The position numbers and the translations under genes were made by a program. Positions 19,151 to 27,101 of a stretch of 52,761 bases of DNA are shown in pieces. The stretch spans positions 1 through 52,761 of the IMG/VR virus record IMGVR_UViG_3300014492_000001. One strand, 5' to 3'. Source of the DNA: a virus (taxonomy: Duplodnaviria > Caudoviricetes). The number at the start of each line of letters is the position of its first letter. The stretch's first letter is position 1. The notes below the pieces were generated by a model. It was not told the origin of the DNA and did no database searches. It saw only the letters and a list, made by a program, of their open reading frames with translations.

Positions 19151-19986
19151 ACGGTGAAGTGACTTTTCAAGAGATATCGACCTTAGGTACCCCGCGATTA
19201 CAGCAGACGGGGATTCAGCAGTGGGACGAAGAAGGCGTTCTTCATCTAAAGGACTTCATCCCTCACGATTTGATCGAGGCGTATGTTCAGGAAAGAACCA
19301 ATTTAATTGGCAGTACAGACAAGTGGCGTCCGGGTTGGAACGATGCAGTTCCGTATCTTCGTGTTCAGTCCATGAAGGAACTGGCTTGTTTTCGTCCGCT
19401 GACTGAAGCCATTCGTCCGCTAATTGGTGGCCACGAACCGGGTCTCCATTTGTGCTTAACAGGCTTTCAGTCCACGGAGAGGGCTTGGCATCAGGACAGG
19501 TATCTAAATCCTGAGTATGTGGGGGAGAGATATATCGCTGCCTGGATAGCTCTAGAAGATGTGCACGAAGATGCCGGCCCCTTCGAATACGTTCCTGGTT
19601 CGCATCGCTGGCCCGTAATCGAGCGGTCCAAAGTCTGGAGTCGGATGCGGCAGGTGGGACAAAATCCAGATCTACCGACCTGGCCAAGTGATTCGCAATC
19701 ATGGGTGGGAACCGCATGCGAAAATGAGATTCAAGAGCGTGGAATAAAAACTGCTCGATTTCTTGGTAAGAAGGGAGATGTGTTGCTGTGGCATGCTTCT
19801 CTAGTTCATCGTGGATCGAAACCGAAAAATCCGGAACTTGAACGTCGAAGCCTAATCTCACATTACAGCAGCATTCACGCCCGTCCCGACATGCAGAGCA
19901 TGCGCAGGATGGAGAACGGTTCATTTTATTTCTTCTTTCCCGAAGGACTTAAAGAGCCCTCGAAGTCTACTCATAAACCCGCATAG
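19147..19986 (+). CDS. 2-oxoglutarate/Fe(II) dioxygenase, PhyH family
   Basis: WHQD (HxD), 'AAWIALED', 'GPFEYVPGSH', 'GDVLLWH...HRGS'. Confidence 0.9.
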   Translation: MNGEVTFQEISTLGTPRLQQTGIQQWDEEGVLHLKDFIPHDLIEAYVQERTNLIGSTDKWRPGWNDAVPYLRVQSMKELACFRPLTEAIRPLIGGHEPGLHLCLTGFQSTERAWHQDRYLNPEYVGERYIAAWIALEDVHEDAGPFEYVPGSHRWPVIERSKVWSRMRQVGQNPDLPTWPSDSQSWVGTACENEIQERGIKTARFLGKKGDVLLWHASLVHRGSKPKNPELERRSLISHYSSIHARPDMQSMRRMENGSFYFFFPEGLKEPSKSTHKPA

Positions 19987-20876
19987 TGCCTCACTGTTCT
20001 TCCTAGGAGTTCGCAGAAGTCTTGCGGCGTTCCCCCTATTGAACTGAGTCGGCTGCAATCAAGTAGGTACGCCTTTTCGTGTCCAGGTCTGTCTGCCTGT
20101 CCTGGTTTTATTTTTGCCTTTACGTTGAGGATCTGAGCTATCAGACAAACCAATTCCTCGTTCGGCAGCTTCTCCCCGGCGGCGTGTATCTTAAATCTGG
20201 GTGTTGCCATTGGGATTCCTGCGACCATGAGCATTATTTTAGAGAGGCTTTCTGCGTGAATCCACTTCCGATAGCAATCGTGAACTTCGATCTCTTCCCC
20301 CTTGAGTAGCTTCTTCACGGTAGAGGGGATGAACTTATTCTCAGGCTGGTACTCACCGAAAATGTTCTGGGTGTTCATGATCGTGATCGGAAGCTTGTAG
20401 CTTTTGGCATAGGAGGTTGCGATGGCCTCCTGGGCGCACTTTGAAGCTGCGTAAGGGTTGGTCGGCATAAAGCGGTCGCCCTCGTACCACTCCGAAAAAT
20501 CGTTATGACTGGTGTTCGGCCCGTAAACTTCCGCAGTCGAAACGTGAATGAATCGCTGTAGGTCTGGGAGGTCTCGCGCGAAGTCCAGCATCGTAATGAC
20601 CATCTCCACGTTGTCCCTGATGAAGGATCTCGGGTCTTCTAGGCTTGCCGATACGTCTGCCCTGGATGCGCAGTTGAAGATGATGTCCGGCTTTACCCAG
20701 TTCATCCGTAATTGCATTCTCAGGTCCCTTTCTGTCTGAAGGAACCTCTCGGAGCTGATCCTCTTGTTCTCGAAGTAGTCCAGACCGAAGACCTGCCAGT
20801 CCGTTTTATCGAGGATGAACTGAACGAGGTGATGCCCCAGAAGTCCTGCTGAGCCGGTTACGATTACGCGTTTCAC
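19971..20876 (-). CDS. NAD-dependent NDP-sugar epimerase/dehydratase (RmlB-like paralogue)
   Basis: GSAGLLG, STAEVYG, YAASK. Confidence 0.88.
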   Translation of the reverse strand: MKRVIVTGSAGLLGHHLVQFILDKTDWQVFGLDYFENKRISSERFLQTERDLRMQLRMNWVKPDIIFNCASRADVSASLEDPRSFIRDNVEMVITMLDFARDLPDLQRFIHVSTAEVYGPNTSHNDFSEWYEGDRFMPTNPYAASKCAQEAIATSYAKSYKLPITIMNTQNIFGEYQPENKFIPSTVKKLLKGEEIEVHDCYRKWIHAESLSKIMLMVAGIPMATPRFKIHAAGEKLPNEELVCLIAQILNVKAKIKPGQADRPGHEKAYLLDCSRLSSIGGTPQDFCELLGRTVRHYAGL

Positions 20877-21610
20877 GTTACGCCTTTCTCTTTCAGATAA
20901 GCTTCGAAGTCGCCCTTGAACCCGTTAAAGTCCGCGTGAGCTTTCTTCCATTCGTTGTAGAGAGGGTCAGCTTGGAACCAGAGGGAGTTGTCCTCCCAGT
21001 AGTCCCGAAGGATTGCCCACTTCTTTCCTCGCTCAACGATCTTCGGCCACATCCAAGCTTCGATACCGCCGTAAAACTCAAACGGTTCAGTGAGTCCGCC
21101 GACCTCTCGGATAAAACCTACCTTCCAAGCGATGATCGACATGACGACGGCCTTGTGCGTGTAGCGAAGGACGAGCCCGGATTCTAGGAAACGGTCGTGA
21201 TGCCCACGCTCAATGAGTTCACGGTCGATACACTCGTTGTTCAGGCCGACCACCACCAGATCAGGATCACTCTCGAAAGCTTCTCGGATCTTCGGGAGCC
21301 AGCCGGTGTGTTTTACCATCGCGTCCGGGTCGTAGTTGATCAGGATGTCTTCATCTGGGAGCGTCTTTGCAACGAGATTGATCCCCTCGTGGTAGCCAAC
21401 ATTTTTTCTAGCGTCGAGGTAAAGTATTTTGTAATTGCTCGCTGTCATCTCGGTGTGAGCCATGTGAGATTTGACCGAAGGCAATGGGTAGTGTTGATCT
21501 AATAAGACGTGCGTCTCTGGGTCTTCTCCGCAGGTAACGTAAAAAGAATTTAGAGCCTCGTCGATCAATTCGCTCTTGTTGTAACTCATCGTCATAGCGT
21601 GAATTTTCAT
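20873..21610 (-). CDS. Glycosyltransferase, GT-A fold (GT2-like)
   Basis: 'MSYNKSELI', 'NVGYHEGIN', DxD 'YDPD', 'VGGL.E.F..YGG'. Confidence 0.8.
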   Translation of the reverse strand: MKIHAMTMSYNKSELIDEALNSFYVTCGEDPETHVLLDQHYPLPSVKSHMAHTEMTASNYKILYLDARKNVGYHEGINLVAKTLPDEDILINYDPDAMVKHTGWLPKIREAFESDPDLVVVGLNNECIDRELIERGHHDRFLESGLVLRYTHKAVVMSIIAWKVGFIREVGGLTEPFEFYGGIEAWMWPKIVERGKKWAILRDYWEDNSLWFQADPLYNEWKKAHADFNGFKGDFEAYLKEKGVT

Positions 21611-21795
21611 TTCCCCTCGGCTTTCTTCATGGCTTCTCTGAGTCTTTGATAATCCTCAAAAACAGGATGTGGTGTTCCGTTTAGACAAGCGGTATCGGCT
21701 TTTCTTAGAAAGTTTTTAATGGCCTCGTACATGTCTGGGACAGCCGCTTCCTTTTTTTCTTTATTCACAGTTTCCATAACACAACCATTCCGCAA
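21607..21795 (-). CDS. Small hypothetical protein
   Basis: 'AAVPDMYEA...AMKKAEG', a common small phage protein pattern; coupled to the GT gene. Confidence 0.55.
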   Translation of the reverse strand: MRNGCVMETVNKEKKEAAVPDMYEAIKNFLRKADTACLNGTPHPVFEDYQRLREAMKKAEGK

Positions 21796-21973
21796 TGAAC
21801 TTGCCTTCGTGCTCGTAGGTTTTAAATCGATAAAAAGAATAGCCCATGACGGGGTATCCGAGTCGCTCTTGTTCGCGCTTCGCGTCTTCTTCGGAGATCG
21901 GGCGATCTGACTCCGCTTGGAACTTTTGATTTGAGAGTTTGTGGGATGGCTGAAAAAGGATTTTCGTTTTCAT
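21761..21973 (-). CDS. Small hypothetical protein
   Basis: SD AAGGGAG; upstream TTTAAA-17-TATAGT promoter candidate. Confidence 0.6.
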   Translation of the reverse strand: MKTKILFQPSHKLSNQKFQAESDRPISEEDAKREQERLGYPVMGYSFYRFKTYEHEGKFIAEWLCYGNCE

Positions 21974-22085
21974 ATTGCTCCCTTCTTGAAGCGTCTAAGT
22001 ATGGGAATACTATACTACATTTATAGAGTAATTTAAAGCGTAAACGCCCGTTGACCTAGGTCCGCTCCTCAGAGACTATCGGCAC

Positions 22086-22727
22086 ATGATTCGTGAGCAG
22101 CTTGCGGGAAAGCATATAAGGGGTTCTGGCTGCGAAATAGGCGGTTTGCACGTTCCCACCAAGGTTTTACCTGGGGCCAAAGTGACCTACGTTGACAGAC
22201 TCCCCCCTGGAGAGGCCCACCCAGACGTACAAACCAGGGTTCACGATCTCGTAGTGGACGACGCTGAATTTCTAACCCACTTTCATAACGACACTCTCGA
22301 CTTCGTAATTGCTAACCACGTACTGGAGCACTGCCACGATCCGATTGGAACGTTGAAGAATTGGTGCCGAGTCCTTAAGCCAGGAGGGATTGTTTACTGC
22401 GCTCTCCCTGATAAAGAACAGACCTTTGATAAGCCGAGGGCCACCACTACTTTGCTCCACCTGATTGACGACCATGAAAACGGTTCTGGGCGAGGAGACA
22501 TAATTCATCTTTCAGAATGGCACTATCATATTGATGGTTTGCGTGGCCAAGCCCTTGAGGACCGGGTGAAATTCGGTTTGGATTCGAGGTCAAATATTCA
22601 CTTTCATTTATGGGACGAAGAGGGCATGCAATTGCTGTTTAATTACGTGGGTAAAGAGCTTGAGATTTTAGAAAAAAAACGTAACGGAGCAGAAATAATA
22701 TGGGTTCTAAGAAAAATTCCCGCTTAA
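22086..22727 (+). CDS. SAM-dependent methyltransferase (type 11, small-molecule/glycan type)
   Basis: 'GCEIGG', 'DFVIANHVLEH', 'RVLKPGG'. Confidence 0.88.
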   Translation: MIREQLAGKHIRGSGCEIGGLHVPTKVLPGAKVTYVDRLPPGEAHPDVQTRVHDLVVDDAEFLTHFHNDTLDFVIANHVLEHCHDPIGTLKNWCRVLKPGGIVYCALPDKEQTFDKPRATTTLLHLIDDHENGSGRGDIIHLSEWHYHIDGLRGQALEDRVKFGLDSRSNIHFHLWDEEGMQLLFNYVGKELEILEKKRNGAEIIWVLRKIPA

Positions 22728-23152
22728 AGTGGCCAACTAATTATCGGATCTCTTCTTCTGGTTGTTGGATCTATCTTGGTTGCAAAAAAGAAAACGGCAA
22801 AGGATACGGGGTGATAAGCACCGGGGAGCATGCCCATCGAGCGTTTTACGCTCTCCATAAGGGCGAAATTCCAAAGACCCTTTGGGTTCTCCATCGCTGC
22901 GACAACCCTCCGTGCGTTAATCCGGACCATCTGTTCTTGGGAACCCATAAGGATAACATGCGCGACATGGCTGAAAAAAACCGAGCCTGGAATCCAAAAG
23001 CCAAAGCTCTTAAAAGCCAGACCTCTTGTAAAAACGGACATCCTTTTGACGAAAAGAACACCTACTACAGAAAAGACAGGCCTGAAAAAATGGGCAGGAT
23101 TTGCAAAGCTTGCCGAGGCATTAGGCTCAAAGTTTACGCAGAAAAGAGGTGA
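22700..23152 (+). CDS. HNH endonuclease
   Basis: 'VLHRCDNPPCVNPDHLFLGT', 'CKNGHPF', 'CKAC'. Confidence 0.9.
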   Translation: MGSKKNSRLKWPTNYRISSSGCWIYLGCKKENGKGYGVISTGEHAHRAFYALHKGEIPKTLWVLHRCDNPPCVNPDHLFLGTHKDNMRDMAEKNRAWNPKAKALKSQTSCKNGHPFDEKNTYYRKDRPEKMGRICKACRGIRLKVYAEKR

Positions 23153-23712
23153 CTATGGAATCTACGAAAATTGTCCGTATCGAATGCCAAGGTGTTGCGT
23201 CTGCTCCTGTAGATGAGTTCTCTCCGCTTCAAGGAGATTTAAAAAGTCTCTCAGATATCGACTACGAAGCTTTTAAAAAAGAAATTATCGAGATCGGATT
23301 TAAGTTCTCCCTTCACGTCTGGGAGAATGAAGATAAGAAATGGATAACCGACGGACATCAAAGAATTACTGCTCTCAAAAGAATGCGGGCTGATGGCTGG
23401 GAGATTCCTAATATCCCTTATTCCCTAGTATTCGCTGCGGATATCAACGAGGCAAAACAAGCTCTCTTGGGTGCCGCAAGTCAGTACGGTAAAGTAACTG
23501 AGACCGGACTGAAGAACTTTTTGAATGACGTTCAGATCGATCCGATCCGTTTAGAAAACTTCCGGCTTCCTGATATTGAAATGCCCATCTTCATCGAGAC
23601 ACATCTCAGAATGCCAGAATTTCAGGAGCCAGATAAAAAAGCTGATCCTGTTTTAAAAGAACCGGACCTTAAGCAATGTCCTAATTGTGGTGTGATCCTC
23701 GACAATGGGTAA
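23149..23712 (+). CDS. ParB/Srx-like N-terminal domain protein
   Basis: 'ITDGHQRITAL'; C-terminal CPNCG; directly upstream of a DNA MTase. Confidence 0.75.
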   Translation: MTMESTKIVRIECQGVASAPVDEFSPLQGDLKSLSDIDYEAFKKEIIEIGFKFSLHVWENEDKKWITDGHQRITALKRMRADGWEIPNIPYSLVFAADINEAKQALLGAASQYGKVTETGLKNFLNDVQIDPIRLENFRLPDIEMPIFIETHLRMPEFQEPDKKADPVLKEPDLKQCPNCGVILDNG

Positions 23713-24703
23713 TTATGGAATTCCCTATATGGGGTCGAAGGATTCTCTGATTCAAAAAATAGGGCACCTTTTCCCTGCTGCTGAAAACTTTTACGATTTG
23801 TTTGGTGGCGGTTTTTCGGTCTCTCATTTTATGCTTTTGCATAAGTCTGAAAAATATAACCGTTTTTTTTACAACGAAATAAAAGCTGACATCGTTCGGC
23901 TGGTTTCGGACGCCATCGCTGGGAAGTACAATTACGATGTGTTTAAACCTAAGTGGATCAGTAGAGAAGACTTCGAGAGAAACAAGACCAATTGTGCTTA
24001 TACTCGTTGCATCTGGTCATTTGGAAATAACCAAAAAAGCTATCTTTTCAGCGCTGAAAACGAGACGAACAAAAAATCACTTCACAATGCGGTTGTTTTT
24101 AATGAATTTGATTCGCTCGCCGAAGATCTTTTAAAGATAACTTCTTTTCCTGGGCATCTGTCTATTCGTGGCAGAAGGCTAATGTGCCGGTCTATTGTTT
24201 GCGACCGCAAGGGTGAGTTAGAGCAGTTAGAGCGGTTAGAGCGGTTAGAGCGGTTACAGCAGTTACAGCAGTTAGAGCGGTTAGAGCGGTTACAGCAGTT
24301 ACAGCAGTTAGAGCGGTTAGAGCGGTTACAGCAGTTAGAGCAGTTAGAGCAGTTAGAGCAGTTAGAGCGGTTAGAGCTTTCTAGTAAAAGCTACGAGTCC
24401 ATAACAATTTTGCCGCGTTCGGTGGTTTACTGTGACCCGCCCTATAAGGGAACTGCCGGTTATATCGATTCGTTTGATCATGATATTTTTTGGGACTGGG
24501 TGAGGAATCAAAGTGAGCCCGTTTTCGTATCGGAATATAACGCCCCCAAAGACATCCGTGTCCTGGCGGCATTTAACCATAAAAAATCATTATCTGGTTT
24601 AGGGAGCTCGACTGGCTCGGTGGAAAAGCTATACATTAACGCCGCAGCGGAGTCCATCCTTGCCGAATCAAAAATCATCGCCGCTCAACCAGTCTTGCGG
24701 TAA
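23705..24703 (+). CDS. DNA adenine methyltransferase (D12/Dam class)
   Basis: PYMGSK, DLFGGG, catalytic DPPY. Confidence 0.9.
   Translation: MGNYGIPYMGSKDSLIQKIGHLFPAAENFYDLFGGGFSVSHFMLLHKSEKYNRFFYNEIKADIVRLVSDAIAGKYNYDVFKPKWISREDFERNKTNCAYTRCIWSFGNNQKSYLFSAENETNKKSLHNAVVFNEFDSLAEDLLKITSFPGHLSIRGRRLMCRSIVCDRKGELEQLERLERLERLQQLQQLERLERLQQLQQLERLERLQQLEQLEQLEQLERLELSSKSYESITILPRSVVYCDPPYKGTAGYIDSFDHDIFWDWVRNQSEPVFVSEYNAPKDIRVLAAFNHKKSLSGLGSSTGSVEKLYINAAAESILAESKIIAAQPVLR
24221..24373 (+). repeat. In-frame 9-bp tandem repeat x17, (G/C)AGC(A/G)GTTA
   Basis: Encodes ERL/QQL/EQL units inside the MTase. Confidence 0.95.
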
Positions 24704-24942
24704 TTCCGATAGTACGCCCGCGCGACCACATTCCGACGTGCCGCCAGCCGCTCCAGTTTCGCTTTAGGCAGCCGATAATGCCTGGCGAGGGCTCCGACTA
24801 TTCTCGGGCTCACCGGGACCGTCCTAGACGATTCTAGGTGCTTTACAAACCCCTCTGAAATCTTCAAATATGTGGCAAGGGCCTTTTTGCTCTCGCCTCG
24901 TTTTTCGCGACTCATCCTGACAACTTGTCCAAAATTAGGCAT
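24685..24942 (-). CDS. XRE-family HTH transcriptional regulator
   Basis: 'FGQVVRMSREKRGESKKALATYLKISEGFVKHLE'; SD AGGAGG. Confidence 0.85.
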   Translation of the reverse strand: MPNFGQVVRMSREKRGESKKALATYLKISEGFVKHLESSRTVPVSPRIVGALARHYRLPKAKLERLAARRNVVARAYYRNYRKTG

Positions 24943-24962
24943 GGTGCCTCCTTATGACTCTC

Positions 24963-24991
24963 AGCGTAACCGTTAATGTGCCCCGCGTCAA
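24963..24991 (-). promoter_or_regulatory. Sigma70-type promoter of the XRE gene
   Basis: TTGACG-17-TACGCT on the minus strand. Confidence 0.7.
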
Positions 24992-25101
24992 CCATTATCT
25001 GCTTCCTGAAGATCAGCTCCTGTTCTCGGTCTTAAGACAATCGTGCATCGGATAGCAAAAAGCGCTTTACCTTTTGCACGACCGGCTATAAAACGATTTT
25101 C

Positions 25102-25186
25102 AATCGACTTTCCAAGAGACATTCAAAGCGGTGGGGGTCTCCTCCACCGCGTCTCTCCTAAGTCGAAATTCACGGGGAAGTCGATT
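25102..25186 (+). other. Nested inverted repeats / structured leader of the replication operon
   Basis: AATCGACTTTCC/GGGAAGTCGATT, AGAGAC/GTCTCT, GCGGTGGGGG/CCTCCACCGC. Confidence 0.6.
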
Positions 25187-25279
25187 TTCCCAAGAGAGTA
25201 AAAAGCAGTGCCCGAATAAAACGCTGGTGTGGCGTGGTGCGATCTTGCGCGTTCGGAACAGAGTTTGAGGGGGGTAGAA

Positions 25280-25525
25280 GTGGAACCAGTAATTTACACA
25301 ATCGAGATAGACAGAGATGGTGTCATAAGGGCACTCCCGTTTAAACGCTCAGAAATGCCCCAGGGTGCGCCGGAACTAGAAAGAGTCTATTCCCTAGCCC
25401 AGGTGGAGAAAAAAGCAATCCAGACCGCTTTGCGGTTGTCTCCTTCGCTTCGGGAAGCATCTGAGGGTCTTGGAATTAATCTGTCGACGCTCTGGCGCTT
25501 GCGCAGACACTATGGGTTAGACTGA
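25280..25525 (+). CDS. Fis-family HTH protein
   Basis: 'SLAQVEKKAIQTAL...REASEGLGINLSTLWRLRRHYGL'; GTG 25280 after GAGGGG. Confidence 0.8.
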   Translation: MEPVIYTIEIDRDGVIRALPFKRSEMPQGAPELERVYSLAQVEKKAIQTALRLSPSLREASEGLGINLSTLWRLRRHYGLD

Positions 25526-26256
25526 TGGCTAGCAAGTACGATGGCGCAACCCTCACGGTCGCAAACTGGGAGAAGTATAATCCCCGAAATGACGCTAAGG
25601 CTCACACCTGGTTTAGGATCTCAAATGACATGCCGTTCGGCCCGTCGTTTTTTAGGTTCAATTGTGAGCAACGTTGGATGTGGATCGTGATTCTCTCGCT
25701 AGTGTCGAAGAAAAAAGGTCAACCAATCGTCTGGGAGAGTGGTTTTATAGAGAATACTAACCACGTTTCGCCCTCAACTCAGGACCGCGCGATAACAATG
25801 TTCATTGATTACGGCATGTTAACTTTTGTAACTTCAAGTAACATGAAGTTACATGAAGTAACATTAAGTAACATTTTAGTCACGTGCCCTACAGACATAC
25901 AGACAAACAAACAAACACACGAACAAACGAAACCCGGGAACAGGAAAACTTCGTCGAACAAGTTCGACTATTCAGTTGGATTTTTAGAAGTCTATGACGC
26001 ATACCCACGCAGAGAGGGCAAACAAGCGGGTTATAAAATCTACCAGAGAGAAATAATCACCCAGGAGCTTCGAACGGATTTACTCACCGCAATACAAAAC
26101 TATCGAAAACGAAAGTCAGGAACCGAAACTAGGTTCTTACTCATGTTTGGAACTTTCATGAACCAGTGGAAAGACTGGCTCGATGCCGAAACTGGTTCTT
26201 CTCAAGAAATTAAAAAGAAAGTCCCCTTTTACGATTTTCGGGAGACCTCCGAATGA
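25525..26256 (+). CDS. Phage replication initiator
   Basis: 'NWEKYN..WFR' N-terminus; 'FLEVYDAYPRREGK...TFMNQWKDWL' C-terminus; internal iterons. Confidence 0.75.
   Translation: MASKYDGATLTVANWEKYNPRNDAKAHTWFRISNDMPFGPSFFRFNCEQRWMWIVILSLVSKKKGQPIVWESGFIENTNHVSPSTQDRAITMFIDYGMLTFVTSSNMKLHEVTLSNILVTCPTDIQTNKQTHEQTKPGNRKTSSNKFDYSVGFLEVYDAYPRREGKQAGYKIYQREIITQELRTDLLTAIQNYRKRKSGTETRFLLMFGTFMNQWKDWLDAETGSSQEIKKKVPFYDFRETSE
25818..25933. repeat. Putative replication origin: six 10-bp iteron-like repeats plus an A/C-rich tract
   Basis: GTTAACTTTT GTAACTTCAA GTAACATGAA GTTACATGAA GTAACATTAA GTAACATTTT, then ACAGACATACAGACAAACAAACAAAC. Confidence 0.7.
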
Positions 26257-27101
26257 GTCAAGGTTTATACCGGATGCACGACGTTACCCCAAGCGGGATG
26301 ATTTCAGTGAACCCCAAAGAAGCTCACGAATGGAATAAGCAAGGATTTGGAATATTTGTATCGGTAAATTCTTTCAAGGGACCGAGACGCAAAGAAAATC
26401 TAAAACGGATCGTAGCCTGGGCAGTGGATCTTGACACTGGAACCAAATCAGAGATGGAGATTAAAATTCAAAGTGGGCTGACTCCTTCTTTGGTCGTAGA
26501 GAGTAAGCGTGGATACCACGTCTGGTGGAGATCGAAGGATGGGGAACCGCAATACTGGGACGCAGTAATGTTAGATCGATTAGTTCCGTTTTATGGGGCT
26601 GATAAGAACGCGAGAGATATCTGCAGAGTTCTCAGAATGCCGGGATTTAATCACATGAAAAATCCAGCAGAGCCATTTTTAATAAAAAAAGTTTTCGAGT
26701 ACAACGTATCTTACACGCAAAACCAGATGGCGAATTTCTATCCTGACGTTTCAAAACCTGAACGTGAAGAATTTAAACGAGAGATTACGGAACTGAAAAC
26801 AGGAGCTAACTTCTGGGAGAAAGTTTGGAGACTCGACTGCATTGATGGGCTTGAGAGACTTTCTGGAAGTCCCTACGTGAACAACGAGACTTATTCTTTC
26901 AGTAGAAATGCAAACGGGAAGTTTAATATTTCAGTCAACGGGAAGGGCACAAGTTGTTTTATAGATCATGAGTTTAGAATCGGATCTTCCTCAAAAGGCG
27001 GTCCTACGCTCTTTAGTTGGCTTCGTTGGTACGGACACAGTGGGAAAGAAGCAGTAAATATTTTAAAAGAAATGTTTCCAGAACTTGAGACATCCAAATG
27101 A
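26253..27101 (+). CDS. AEP/RepB'-type DNA primase
   Basis: 'AVDLD', 'VVESKRGYHVWW', 'DICRVLRMPGF'. Confidence 0.82.
   Translation: MSQGLYRMHDVTPSGMISVNPKEAHEWNKQGFGIFVSVNSFKGPRRKENLKRIVAWAVDLDTGTKSEMEIKIQSGLTPSLVVESKRGYHVWWRSKDGEPQYWDAVMLDRLVPFYGADKNARDICRVLRMPGFNHMKNPAEPFLIKKVFEYNVSYTQNQMANFYPDVSKPEREEFKREITELKTGANFWEKVWRLDCIDGLERLSGSPYVNNETYSFSRNANGKFNISVNGKGTSCFIDHEFRIGSSSKGGPTLFSWLRWYGHSGKEAVNILKEMFPELETSK

Noticed and set aside
19256-19924. 222-aa antisense ORF over the dioxygenase
   Set aside because: The sense gene has clear family motifs; the antisense product has no recognisable features.
22671-22700. A8 run as a frameshift fusing the methyltransferase to the HNH
   Set aside because: The -1 frame hits TAA at 22682-22684 before the HNH start.
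23149-23712. Plasmid-prophage partition system
   Set aside because: Only a ParB-N-like domain coupled to a DNA MTase; no ParA or centromere-like repeats seen.
24221-24373. CRISPR array
   Set aside because: Contiguous 9-bp units without spacers, in frame within a CDS. No CRISPR array was seen elsewhere.
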